From contig NC_043006.1 in assembly GCF_006345805.1 (NCBI RefSeq), positions 72,292,001 through 72,356,000 on the forward strand: a stretch of DNA of 64,000 nucleotides, given 5' to 3'. The translations under genes and the position numbers were made by a program. Below, piece by piece: positions 14,730-27,601 of this stretch (the first letter of the stretch is position 1; the number at the start of each line of letters is the position of its first letter). The notes beneath the pieces are model-generated. The model was not told where the DNA came from. It made no database searches and saw nothing but the letters and a program-made list of their open reading frames with translations. This DNA is from Octopus sinensis. Taxonomy: Eukaryota.

Positions 14730-17317
14730 TACGATGTATTTCATTATGACTGCATTAAATATAGATTTCTAGCGAGACAATTGCCGCAAATTTAAACTGC
14801 ATTCGTCTGTTTTATTAAACATGAGCCTTAGTCATCGGGTCTTTGGTAAATAACTGGAGTCGAGAATTAACCAACAGAAGTATCCAATTTTGTATAATTG
14901 GTATCCACGATGATGGATTACTATTTCACTGTCAGCTGTATATGATTCTTCTAGCCAATCAGTAGCGTTCTACATGTTGATGTACCTGGATTCCGAATGA
15001 ATCCTTTTCGTTGAAATACACACACACATGAGAGGGGGATATATGTTACGTTACAGTGGTTATTATTCTATTTGTTTATAAAATAATTAGTCAAATGAGG
15101 AGGAGAATATCTTTGAATTCTGCTGGTTTTTGCTTTCTGTATCGGCAGGCAAAAACTTTGAGTAAAAACTTTGAGCAATAACAAAGTTCCAGGCAGATTC
15201 TGTGATGGTAATGAAGAGTTGTCTGATTTAATAAAGGAATGTGTGTTGGGAGACAGAGACAGTTGTTGACCTCAAATAGAAAGCCTAAACAAACATAATC
15301 CTACACCAGACCATTTTAACTACCTGTCTGTCTTTCGTATACCTAAACTACATCTATACAAAGACAAACATACGAGTACTTATAGGTTTAGGAAAAAAAT
15401 AAAACTTAAACGTTAGGATTTGCTTTTTCTAGTTAAAACTTTTAAAGACGAAGTGTCGGTTGAGGCAGTTTTATTTATTGAGTCTAAGTTCATATTTTTC
15501 ATCACCAAGAAAAAGCACCAGAACTAAAGAATTTCAAAAACTTCATTTGCTACATTAGTTTTTCACGAATATGTTGAGAATTAGAACAAATTTGGCCTTC
15601 ATGAATAAATCAATGCCATTTTCTCGTCATTGGTTTGAAAATGAATGAACAGCTCGTACAGTAAAAATTCTCTTTGAGACGAAAAGCTTATTTGGAAATA
15701 AGTTAACAAATGTTATATGTCACAAGTTGCATGCCTTTGAGGTCAGGCCATTTCAAAGCCACATACCATTGTAGGCATTACGGTTGTTGGCGGAAACGAT
15801 TATGTGTTTAGACTGCATTTTGTTTTATGATTCAGTATATGAGGAAGAGCAATCTGTCAACGTAAAACAGTGGGTGGTATGAAATAATTTAAACTGGAAC
15901 CAATCTAGCATATACGAAGAGATTTTTCCAAATACCATTGACAGCTTATTTAGTAATTTTATATTTTATGTTCAGATAAATGGATTTATTCTGAGAAAGG
16001 GTATAATTAGTATCAATATGGTTGTTACATATATTCCAAGATAATCTGTAATCAAGGATATATGAACTATTGTAATGCCTTATAGAGGTGTTAAGCCTCC
16101 GTTTTATTAGTGTGAAGCATCCAACTGGAATATTCATTCATTTTCCAAAGTATTTAATGATGAAAATAAAATAATTCTAAAGCGATAATCGAAACCGTAT
16201 ATTGAACAGTTTGCTAGTTTCACAAATCCACCTTCCACTGCTACAGAATAACTGATAAACTTATACACTGGATAAATTTGTGGAGCTGAGTATTTTTCCG
16301 AAATAAAATATATAACACAAAAAATATATTTTTACAATATATTTACGCACGGTAGTTAAAATCATTAATTTTCAAGTTTTCATAGTTTTATGCTGGAAAT
16401 CCGATAGTTTTGTGTATATCGGCCACACATGTGCATGTGTATGTTTTGGCCCTATTTTTTAAGCATTGATAAATTTGAAATAAGTCTTTTTTACGATGTT
16501 GCTCAAATGTAAATATAGCTATAAATCATAGCTCATAAAATATCAAGTAAAAGCCATTTGGCAGAAAAACGTGGACAAAGTCGACCACGAGAATCGAACC
16601 CCATCATTTTCAATAACAAACTCATCATACCAACAATTATCAGCAACAGATTGACGAGTAATTTTTTTCATTTCTGTATGCCAACAAAAAATAGGCCTCT
16701 TCGGATTTTGTTGGTAGACTAATGTGATAATAAGTGCAAAGCGTGTGGTCAATAAATACAGGTTGGAATCAAGACAAAATTGAAGTAGAATATGATGATT
16801 TTGAATATACGGCATCAGCCAAAGCAAAGCTTACATAAACGTATTTGTAAGAATTTACATATATAAAACAATTAGATAATTTATGCTGTAAAAAAAAGTT
16901 GTGTGAATAATGAACTTAATATATCATGATCTTTCACGAAATCAACTGGATAATGTATATAGAAAATGTTTGTATCAATAAAATTATTTGCGTTATAGAA
17001 TGAAATGTTTGCAATCTCGTAACACCCAGTCGTAAAGAGAAAAATAGACAACGTATGTGTTTTAAAACTTGTAGAAGTTATTCTGTCAAGTCTAAGACGA
17101 GAAGCTAACCGAACAAAAGAGGAAGAGAGTGAAGTGAGCCATAGACGTCATTGGAAGTTTAGAGGAGCATTGTACAATCTCCTAAGAAGCCCAAAACACG
17201 GTAGCCTCTGATACGCTAAAATTTCTGATTGATTTAAACAGCACAAGTGTCAACGGTGAAAAATTGTTATCTATTCTGTTTGGCTAGTAAAAAAAAAAAA
17301 AGGCTTAAATACAGATA

Positions 17318-17460
17318 CGAGTCATTTTTGCCAGCTGAGTGGACTGGAGAAACGTGAAATAAAGTGTCCTGCCCATGGACACAACGTGTCACCGGGAATT
17401 GAACTCACGACCTTACGATTGTGAGCAGAATGACCTAACCACTAAGCCACGCACCTTCAC
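17318..17460 (-). mobile_element. tRNA-derived SINE
   Basis: Head GTGAAGGTGCGTGGCTTAGTGGTTAGG and B-box GTGAGTTCAATTCCC on the minus strand. Confidence 0.8.
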
Positions 17461-17573
17461 ACACACACGCACACATTCATATATATATATATATATATTA
17501 CGGAGATGTACTCGCATAGCAAGTAATTTGATCTGAGATCGTGTGCTGAATATATATATATATATATGTATAG

Positions 17574-17608
<35 letters not shown>

Positions 17609-17610
17609 TG

Positions 17611-17642
<32 letters not shown>

Positions 17643-17699
17643 TGTATGTGTATGTATGTATGTATGTATGGTCTTACTCTTGTGGCAACGTAACCGAGG

Positions 17700-18809
17700 T
17701 TTGGCTTTGATTTCTCCTGTTTTCTTTCTTGTGTTACAGAGTAAACATGGCCGCTCCTCTGGCAATTCGCACCAAGGAAGACCAGACGTCAGTGATCTGA
17801 TTTCTCTGGACTGAATGATCTCAGGGGCTGAAATTCGTTGCATGCTTTCTGTACAATGCTCTCTACTGCGTTAAAATGTGTATGAGTGGATAGAGAAGTT
17901 TAAAAACGGCCTGACAAGCGTGAAGCACGAAGAGGGAGAAGGACGCCCATCAACTGGCGTAAAGATTCAGCAAGATCGTGAGGTGGTTTGGGCAAACCGA
18001 CCAGTGACCATCGGTGAGGTGGCATATTCCTTGAAAATAAGTCATAGTTCCGCATACGAAATCTCTATGACAAGCGTTGTTTCTATTATCTCTGTGCAAG
18101 ATGGGTGCCAAGAGAGCTTGGTGTATTAACGCTTAGTCGACCGCTACGAAGATGAAGCCGAAGCGTTTTGGAGATAATAGTCACAGATGAAACCTGGATC
18201 CATCACTTTGTGCCAAATTCAAAAGGCAGCGTATGGAGTGGAAGCATACGGAATCGCCAGCGAACAGGAAATTCAAGACTCAGTCTTCCGCAGAAAAGGT
18301 GATGCTAACTGTTTTTCGGGGCGTAAAAGGGCCTATACTGGAACAGTACCTGAAAAAGGGGTCTACAGACACACGTGTAGGCTACAGTGAAATGCTGACC
18401 AACAAACTAAAAGCAGCAATTCGTACCAAAAGCCGAAGTCTGTTGTCAAAGCAATTGTTATTACACGATAACGCACGTCCACATACGGCCGCCTACATCA
18501 ATGAAACCATTAAAAAATTGGAGTTTGAGTTGCTGAAATATCCTGCATACACTCCAGATCTCGTCCTTTTCAACTATCACCTCTTTGGACTTCTCAAACG
18601 TCCTTTAGGAGGTCGTCGATTTGCTACGAAGCGGTACATAAATAGCCGCGCGACCTTCTACAATGGAATTAGCGAGCTTGTGGACCGTTGGAAGACATGC
18701 ATCGGAAAGTAAAGAGTTTATGTTGAAAAGTGATGTAATTCTTCAACCGCTGCTTTTGCTTTAATAAATTACAGAAACAAGGATGCGTATAATTTTTGAC
18801 TTACCCTCG
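17700..18809 (+). mobile_element. mariner (DD34D) transposon, frameshifted; left TIR lost
   Basis: ATG at 17747 (MAAPL); YEWIEKFKNG..GRPST HTH; MEWKH, LLLHDNARPH, YTPDL..NYHLF; right TIR ATAATTTTTGACTTACCCTCG ending at 18809. Confidence 0.92.
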
Positions 18810-19356
18810 AAATAATTACATCTGATGAAATAAAGTAAGAAGTACGAACAATTAGTGCTTAAAGTCGACTTGTTGCCTGAAACTCATGTATCAGTTTGGA
18901 GGATTTAGATTTCACAAATCGTGATTATTAGCTCGGTAGCTTCCAGCATGTAAATGGCTTGAGATGTACACGGTAGAAATACTAATAAATTAATATCTCG
19001 TTTTCATTATCCAATCACAAGATTAAATAACTTAATCACAATTGTTTAATGATATCAGGTATTCTACAACTCCAATCTCAGTAGCATGTATTAGTTACGC
19101 ATGTATTGTAGGGAAAAAATTTAATATATGAGGATGAATTGACAATAACAGTTCAATACATGCTACATATGTTTCAATAGCAGAGTAATTTATTCGCAAT
19201 TCATGTATTAAGCTATACAACAAACTCACCAGCTATTTCATCGAGCATTCCGAACCATCGATAGGAAAAAAAATTAACTGCTTGGAGAATTGATCCCTAG
19301 AAGCCCTTATAAACCACAGGTGGTGTAGAAAAAGGAACTCAATTAATCAAACAGCG

Positions 19357-19764
19357 CAGGCCCGGATTAAGACCCATAGAGACCCTAAGCACTTAAAAGA
19401 TTTTGGTGCCCCACCCCCATATACATGTAATTCAAAATATAAACAATAATAAATCATAAAATAATTTCTTATTTTTCAAAATGAAACAAAGTTAACAGTA
19501 GGATGGAAAACAATATTTATTTTTCCATACTTTCACTTTATTTATATTTCAAAAGCTTTTCTCCTCCTCTTTTTAATCGAAAAGTTTTGGGTCAAACCCT
19601 TACTATAACACCATGAACACTTCGAAATTATATTTCGAATATTATTTTAGCAAGTTTAAAGTGATTTCTTTTATGCTGTAGACCATTTACCACTGTTGTG
19701 GTGCTCCTTTTGCTTTGATGCTCTAAGCACGTGCTTATTTTGCTTAACGGTTAATCCAGCGCTG
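19357..19764 (+). mobile_element. Non-autonomous hAT-like element (408 bp)
   Basis: Ends CAGGCCCGGATTAA / TTAATCCAGCGCTG; 8-bp TSD AAACAGCG / AAACAACG; same family as 5657-6076. Confidence 0.85.
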
Positions 19765-20044
19765 AAACAACGTCATTCTAGTATCACCAACTCATTCTAA
19801 AAACAAATGAATGTGGTCAACCTCCATCTGCTATCAACCGAAGTCGAAACTGCTGGGCCAAAGATTTACAATCCTGCTTATAACATTATATGTATCTGCC
19901 GACCAAACAAACATTTTGGATGCCAATAGAACATTAAATAGACAAGTCAGTTGTATCCTCCGACACTACAACTAGATAGGAACAAACATTGACACGCAAA
20001 CACACACACACGCACACACGCACACGCACACACACACACACACA

Positions 20045-20093
<49 letters not shown>

Positions 20094-20254
20094 GGACAAA
20101 GAGAATAACACAGTAATAATTTTTCCATCGTCTTGGCTTAACAATCCTCGTCGTTTGTTTTTACTATGTTATTCTCTTTGTCCTGTCTTTTACTGTTTTT
20201 ACTTGTATTGTTTTTACTGTCTTGTTTTGTTCTTACTGTCCTGTTCTTGTTACC

Positions 20255-20530
20255 ACTTTTACACCTCCGCAAAAATCCCAAATTTTATTTAATTTGCTTT
20301 GCTGGAAGGATTGTTTCAACGAAGTCGCGTCTTGTCCTTACCTTCGAAACGCGGAGTAGACGAAACAGGGACAACTGAAGAAGGGGAATGTTCCTTGTGT
20401 TGAATGTCTTGTACTCTGTTTTTTCGTTGTTTGAAAAAAAAGTTCGTTTCCATGTTTTTGTTTTTATGTTTTCGTTTCTCATTGTGTTCAACGTTTTTTT
20501 TTTTTTGATGTCCTGTACCCATATATGCAT
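20255..20530 (+). mobile_element. Interspersed repeat, probably a Penelope-like 3' end (second copy)
   Basis: Same family as 7262-7540. Confidence 0.55.
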
Positions 20531-20651
20531 GTATATATACATATAGATGTACGTATGTACATACATGTAGGTATATATGCATATATTTATATATTATTTA
20601 TATTATTATGTGGTCGAACGCCATGCATCCTTTTCCAAGTAAGTTTTATCT

Positions 20652-20686
<35 letters not shown>

Positions 20687-20699
20687 TATATATATATAG

Positions 20700-20900
20700 A
20701 TCGTTAGCTACTACACACATTTTTTTCTCTCGTTTCTCTCCTTGTTTTTTTCTGTGTATCTTTATGTCGAAGAGCGTAGGCTCGAAACGTAAAAGACTTT
20801 TTCTATTCCTGAGCGCTATACTAATACATTTGTTTGTTTGTACACCACCTGCCTTCGTCTTTTGTTTATTTTCGTATGTATGTATGTATAAATATATTTA
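20700..20900 (+). mobile_element. Penelope-like terminal-repeat remnant after (TA)n, carrying a degenerate minimal hammerhead motif
   Basis: GAAGAGCGTAGGCTCGAAACGTAAAAGA at 20769-20796; flanked by microsatellites. Confidence 0.55.
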
Positions 20901-20944
20901 TATTGTTTATATTATTATTATTATTATTATTATTATTGTTGTTG

Positions 20945-20990
<46 letters not shown>

Positions 20991-21008
20991 ATTATTATTA
21001 TTATTATT

Positions 21009-24000
21009 CAGTAGTTTTATTTTTATAGCGTGCTTTCACTTCACTACCGAGCGCAGCTCTGTGTGCCTTGGGTATGTGCTGTGATTTGTTGTGATGCTCT
21101 GATGGTTATTGTATGGAAAGTGTTCTGCGTAGGATGTGTGCAGTGCCTAGTAGTGCAATTTTCTGTATGTTATATGTGTTTGTAAGTCCTGGTGTTTTTG
21201 TTATGTATTTGTCTGAATATTTTTTTATCATGCCTAATGCACCTACTATGATAGGAATTGTTTCTGTTTTCAGATTCCACATTCTAGTTACCTCTATTTC
21301 CAGGTCTTTGTATTTTGAGAGTTTCTCCATTTCTTTTAGAGACACGTTGTCATCAGCCGGTATTGATACATCAATTAGAAAGCATTTTTTTTCTTCATGA
21401 TCTCTGACAACTATATCTGGTCTGTTGGCCTTAATTTCTCTATCTGTGTGTATCGGCATATCCCAGAGTATGGTTGCTTTCTCGTTTTCTGTGACCTTTT
21501 CTGGTGTGTGCCTATACCATCTTTTTTCTGTTGTTATTCCATAATGTTGGCATAGCTTCCAATGTATGTAGGTTCCAACTCTGTCATGTCTGTGAATATA
21601 TTCCTTCTTAGCCAGGACTGGGCAGCTAGAGATAATATGATTTATTGTTTCTTGTCCATCTCCACATATTCTGCAGTTACTTGTAATATTTCTTTTCATT
21701 ACATGTTTTTTGGTAATTTCTGGTGGGGAGGCTTTGGTCTTGTGCTGCAATTAAAAATCCCTCTGTTTCTGCTTTGAGTCCTGAGCTTCTCAACCATTGC
21801 TGGGATTTTTCTTTGTCTATTTCTTTTGCGTTTAGTTTAGTCCAGTATTTACCACGAAGGAGCTTTTCTTGCCATCGTTTTATCATGGTTCTTTGCTGTT
21901 CTATTTTTAGTTTGGATTTCATTTGTTTTATAGCTTTTGTTGTTTCTTCATCTTCTTCTTCTTCTTCATGTTTATTAGGTGGTATGATTTCTTGTTTGTA
22001 TTTGTCAGCTTCCTTAAATACTGAGAACAGTTTTTTGTTTTGCTCGTGTTTTGCCGCTATCTGGATCAGTTTTCCTTCCTTCTGAAGTAGATATTTTTGC
22101 AGTCCTATGGTGGTTATTTTATAGTAGTTTTCCAGCTGTATAAGGCCTCTACCACTATATATACGTTGTATATATAGTCTTTCTATGTCAGATTAAGGAT
22201 ATTGTAGCTGTAACTTATAACTGGGACAGCTAAAGTGTTGATACCTATTATCTTGTTTTTAGCATTGAGCTCTGTGTTTAGTATTGATCTAACTCGTCTA
22301 TAATATTCTTTTTTTATTTTCTCTTTCATTTGTGTGTGTTGTGTCTTATCTAGTTCATGGATTCCTAAGTATTTGTAAGTTTGGCTTTGGTCTAATTCTT
22401 TTATTTCATTGGTTTTATCTAGTGTGATGTTGTTGCTCTTAACTAGTTTTCCTCTTTTCATGGTTACTTTGGCGCATTTTTCTAATCCAAATTTCATATC
22501 TATTTCTTTGGTAAATCTATGAACTGTCTTTAATAGTGTTTCCAGCTGTTTGTCATTTGCAGCGTATAGTTTTAGGTCATCCATATATAAAAGGTAGCTG
22601 ATCGTTTTGCCGTAACATTTATATCCGCATCCAGTTCTATTTAGCATATCAGATAGAGATGACAGTGCCAAGCAGAAAAGGAGTGGAGAGAGCGTGTCTC
22701 CCTGGAATATTCCTCTTCTAATGGGGATGTCTTTGGTTTTCATGAGTCCCTCTTTTGTTTGGAGGTGTAGGACTGTTTGCCATTTATTCATAGAGTGCTC
22801 TATGAATTTTATGATTGTTAGTGCTACTTTGTTAATGGCTAGTGTTTCGAGGATCCATGTGTGGGGGATGCTATCAAACGCCTTTTTGTAGTCAATCCAG
22901 GCCATACCGAGGCCTTTCTTCTTTCTGTGGCTGTCTTCAGTTATGGCTTTATTAATAATTAGTTGATCTTTACAGCCATATGAGCCTTTGCGGCATCCTT
23001 TCTGCTCTTCTGGGAACAGTTTGTTTTCGTCCAGGTGCTTGTTCAGCCTTTGTGATATCACTGCAGTAAATGCCTTGAACATAGTAGGGAGGCAGGTTAT
23101 TGGTCTGTAGTTTTCTGGTTTTTCTGTTTCATTTGATTTGGGAATTAAGATGGTTTTCCCCTTCGTGAGCTATTCAGGCATTGTCTCTGGCTCTGCTAGT
23201 ACGTTGTTAAAGTTTTCAGCCAGCTTTTTGTGCATTCCTGTTAGATATTTCAACCAGAAGTTGGGGATCTTGTCATGCCCAGGTGCCTTCCAGTTGCTTA
23301 GTCTTTGCAGTGCCTGGGTGACCTCTTCAGTTGTTATGGGGGTCCAAAGTTGTTCAGATGCCGAGTTTGTTATTTTGATACTCCTTTTTTTTGGTGGTTC
23401 GTTCGCCGACCATATTTCTCTCCAGAATTCTTCCAATTCTTCTGTCGTTGGTGCTGCAGTGACTTCTATTTTATTTTTGCCCAGTCCTTGGTAGAACTTT
23501 TTGGGGTTGGAGTTGAACTTTTTGTTTTCTTCAAAGAAGCGTTGGCGTTTCTTGTACCGGCGGATCCTTTGTGCTTTGGCAAGGATATCTTGCTTCAGCT
23601 TTTCTTTTATTTCAGGCAAATCTTTCTCTGTGATGTTATATTTGCGGAGTATTTTTGTTCTCTTTTTGTTGCTCAGTAGCGTTGATTGTTTGCTGATTTC
23701 ATTAAGAATCGACAGGTCTTTTCTAATTTTTTTTATTTTGCTTTGGATGTTATTTATCCACAGGGTTTGTTTGGGTGGTGGTACTCCTGTTTGGGCGGGT
23801 TTGGGTGAGTATCCAGCTTCTTTTGTGGCTGCAGTGGCTGCTGCGTATATTAGGTTATTTAGCTCAGTGATATCACTTTTTTTTTTATTCAGTGGCTATC
23901 AGTTCAGTGACGGCTAGGTTTATGCTGTTTATAATAGGTGTTGTTATTTCGTTTATTTTGATTCTTGGGAGGTATGGTCGGTGGTCCATTTTGAGCTCTG

Positions 24001-24900
24001 TGGTTTTCAGTTCTTTGATTATTTTATTTTTTATATTATCATAATCATTAGGCTCCCCTTCGTTGTTTACATCGTGTTTGTTGGGAATGTTGCGTTTGTC
24101 TTCGTGTTTTAGTTTCAGTGTTTATATTATTGGGCATTGTTGTGTGGCTTCTATCTACATTTTCCTGGTGTATGTTTTCTTTTAGGTGTTCTATTTCTAT
24201 TTCTGATATTTTTTTTGTGTTGAGAATGTATCTTCGTACGTTAGCTAATTTATTAGGGTTCATTGCTGTATCCAAGTCTATATCTCTATTATTTTCCTTC
24301 CATATTTTATATGTATGTGTTGTTGTATTTTCATTTTTTGGGTAGAGTACTGCTGTGAAGTATGCGTGTAAGATAGAAATGTATTCCTCACGTGTCCATT
24401 TACGTCTTTTGGGTTTTATTTGCGGACATGAGGTACAACGTCCGGCCCATTATTTTGACGGTCGTCATTTTCGTAGGGTACCGGTCCGTTTATTTCTGTT
24501 GTCACATTATTTCGCACGTGTAGTTTTTCGTACATTTTTTGTTGTAAGTTTAATGTACGTACCGCTCGATTGTTATTCTTGGGTTGAATAGTATCGGTGG
24601 CATTTAATTTCTTCGTAGTTCCTTTGTACATGGTGTTTGGGGTCGGGGATGATCGTGATGTTCCACGCATGTTTACATGTGTTGCGTTAGAGGTGGAGAT
24701 GATATCGAGTCAAAATACATCATTTCGTTTCGAAAATAGTAATAAATTTCAATTAGTATTACTTACTCGGATACAGTCCAATTCTTTGTTAGTAAAACTT
24801 TGGCTCCATAGGATGTCCTTGTTTTCGATGTTTGTGGATAGATTTCGGAGCTCTGAATTTTCCTTCTTACATCTTAAACGTCCCCCGGTATTCTCTCCTT
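21009..24900 (-). mobile_element. Near full-length Dong/R4-clade RLE non-LTR retrotransposon (~3.9 kb; Myb-like N-terminus, RT, CCHC, REL endonuclease), inactivated by frameshifts
   Basis: RKWTREEY..W..LANVRRYIL; WKAPGHDKIPNFWLK; QKGCRKG, DYKKAFDS, GIFQGDTLSPLLF, YMDDLKL; CRICGDGQETINHIISSC, RHD, NRPDIV, LIDVSIP, KYKDL. (TAA)n on both flanks of the element strand. Confidence 0.96.
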
Positions 24901-24901
24901 A

Positions 24902-24967
<66 letters not shown>

Positions 24968-25758
24968 CAGGGGTTGGACAAAATAATGGAAACACCTAGC
25001 ATCATAGCATCGTAATTTTGAAATATCTATAAAACCATCAAAAGCTTGTTTATTTTTGTTTTTGATTTATTATTAGTGTTGCTTAATATGTTTTGCTAAA
25101 ATTGCTGTTTCTTTTCAGGTATCATTAGATAAAAAAGTAATTAAAATTCATTAAAATCACAGATTTGTCGGACTTTCAAAGAGGTCAAATTGTTGGTGCT
25201 CGTATGGCAGGCGTTAGCGTAACAAAAACAGCTGAAATGCTTGGTGTATCAGGAAGTACTGTCTCAAAAGTAATGACAGCCTTTGAGAAAGAGGGAAAAA
25301 ACCTCTTTGTCAAATTAAAACTCCTAAGGAAAACCAAAATTTTCAGATAAGGACTGTCGGACTCTTATGCGAATTGTTAGAAAGGATCACTAGAGTACAG
25401 CTCCCAAAATTACTGCAAAGCTTAATGACCACCTCAAGAATCCAGTTTCCACAAAAGCTGTTCACCAGGAGCTGCACAAAGCCAGATTTCACGGGAAGGT
25501 TGCAATCAGAAAATCACTACTTCAAAAACAAGCATTGCAAAGCATTTAGAGTGAGGTAAAAACCTACAGAATTGGTCCCTAGAGCAGTGGAAGAATGTTA
25601 TTTTAAAATAAAGTAAAGATATTTTAAAATAAGGTAAAGTCACCCTTTACCTTATTTTTAACCACCAGCCAAGTATATGTGTGGAGACAGCCAAAAGAAG
25701 CATTTGACCCGGACTGCCTTCTTCCAGCTGTTAAATATGGGGGAGGATCTGTGATAAT
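24968..25758 (+). mobile_element. Tc1-family transposon, 5' part (3' truncated, frameshifted)
   Basis: TA then TIR CAGGGGTTGGACAAAATAATGGAAACACC; SDFQRGQIVGARMAG..SKVMTAFEKEG HTH; AVKYGGGSV motif near 25735. Confidence 0.9.
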
Positions 25759-26079
25759 CCTCATGCCAACCACTTCACAGAGAGTACTGGGGGCTTTTTA
25801 CATAGCACTGGCACTGGTGAGGTTGCTGTGTACTCACAAGGACTCAAGTGAGTAGAGTATAGTAATGAGGGATATAAAAGTGTGATCAAGGAACAGGTGC
25901 AAGTATCATGCTGAAGAGATGAATACATGGCTTCCCTATCTGGAGGAAGAAAGGGATGCAGGATCAAAGCCCAAGGTGAATATGAGAGAGGAGAATAACT
26001 CTTTTACTCGTTTCAGTCATTTGACTGTGGTCATGCTGGAGCATCATTCAGTGTCCGTTTCCCATGATAGTATATGCAG

Positions 26080-26625
26080 CATGTGTAAATGCATTTATGT
26101 GTGTGTTTGTGTGAGAGTGTGTGTGTGTGTGTGTGTGTGTGCATGTGTGTGAGTGTGCATATGTATACACACACAAACACATACACACACTATACACACA
26201 CGTGCATACACTACACACACACTACACACACACACACTACACATACACATATAAATATAAATATATCATGCACATACATACCAACACACACACACACACA
26301 CATACACATACAAGTATGCACCCAAGCATATGTACATACATGCTTATATGTGTGTGTTTGTGTTCATGTGTGTGTGAGTGTGCATATGTATACAGACACA
26401 CACTACACTACACACGCACACACACTACACACAAACACTACACACATACACACACCACACACACACACCACACACACACACTACACACAACTACTCACCC
26501 ATACTAACGCACACATGCACACACTCATACAAGTACACATGCAAACATATGTACATACATGCTTATATGAGTGTGTTTTTGTTCATGTGTGTGTGTGTGT
26601 ATGTGCATGTGTGCATGTGTGTAGT
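26080..26625. repeat. (GT)n/(CA)n composite containing an internal ~215-bp duplication
   Basis: GTGTGTGAGTGTGCATATGTATAC at ~26147 and ~26373; CATACAAGTA..ATATGTACATACATGCTTATATG at ~26325 and ~26527. Confidence 0.8.
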
Positions 26626-27563
26626 AAAAAGCTTTTGTAAAGGTAGTTGTTTAAGTTAATTAAGAAAATCTGAGTGAAGGTTGAATGCACACCAGTCATC
26701 AGAGATTTGGTTATTTAGCATTGCATGACAAAAAGAGATCAAACTGACTCCGTGAGAAATCTCAATCTATTTCCAGCATCAATATTTTATTGCAAATCAT
26801 GTTAACGAGAAAGAACAAACCAGTACATAGTTTGTATCATTAGAAAAGTACACAGAGACATCAACAACAGTAGGAGCTTCTATGGGGTTTCTCATGGTGG
26901 TGGTGGTGGTGGTGGTGATTGGATAGTGAAAAGTGTATTTTTTAAAAATCAAACCAAGTTTTCTATATTACCTATCACTTAACACATGTGCATAAGCACA
27001 ATTCCATGAAATATTCGTGCTTATTTATATGGCAGAAATATGCAATTTAACTAAAGGTTGTATCATATGTATGGGATATATTTGTTTATGAAGAAAATGG
27101 AAAGTAAGAGTAAATATTTATTTTATGAGTGCTGTATATTAATTGTGCCTAAAGCATATAAAATGCATTAAGTAATCATCGTATTCTAATTTCCTTCACT
27201 TTTCAATGATTAGCAGATGAGTGACTATCTTTTGATACAGGCTATGCTTTCAAGTCTTTTGGATAAAGTTTTCAGAAATAACCCAATAGTTTTACCATTA
27301 AGTCTGTGAAATATTTATGGGTCCTGCAAGTTTAAATTAATTCTTGAAATTCTGAAGTATTATTATGAGTGTATTAGGTTCCTCTATTTTCCTGAGCAAG
27401 AACAGCAGAGGTGAATATCTTCCATCAAGAATCCAAGCAGTAATAGAAAATTTAAATGTTTCCTTAGAAAAATATTATTTTTATATGAAAAAACAACCAC
27501 AACACAAAGTAATTTGTTTGGTAAGCTTCACTTTACTGTGTATACTTCATTCAACAACATAAC

Positions 27564-27600
<37 letters not shown>

Positions 27601-27601
<1 letters not shown>

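Noticed and set aside
20370-20412. ACAA-CTGAAGA-hairpin...GTC-TTGT, hammerhead-like (also ~7375-7412 on the minus strand)
   Set aside because: The GAAA half of the core is missing in both copies.
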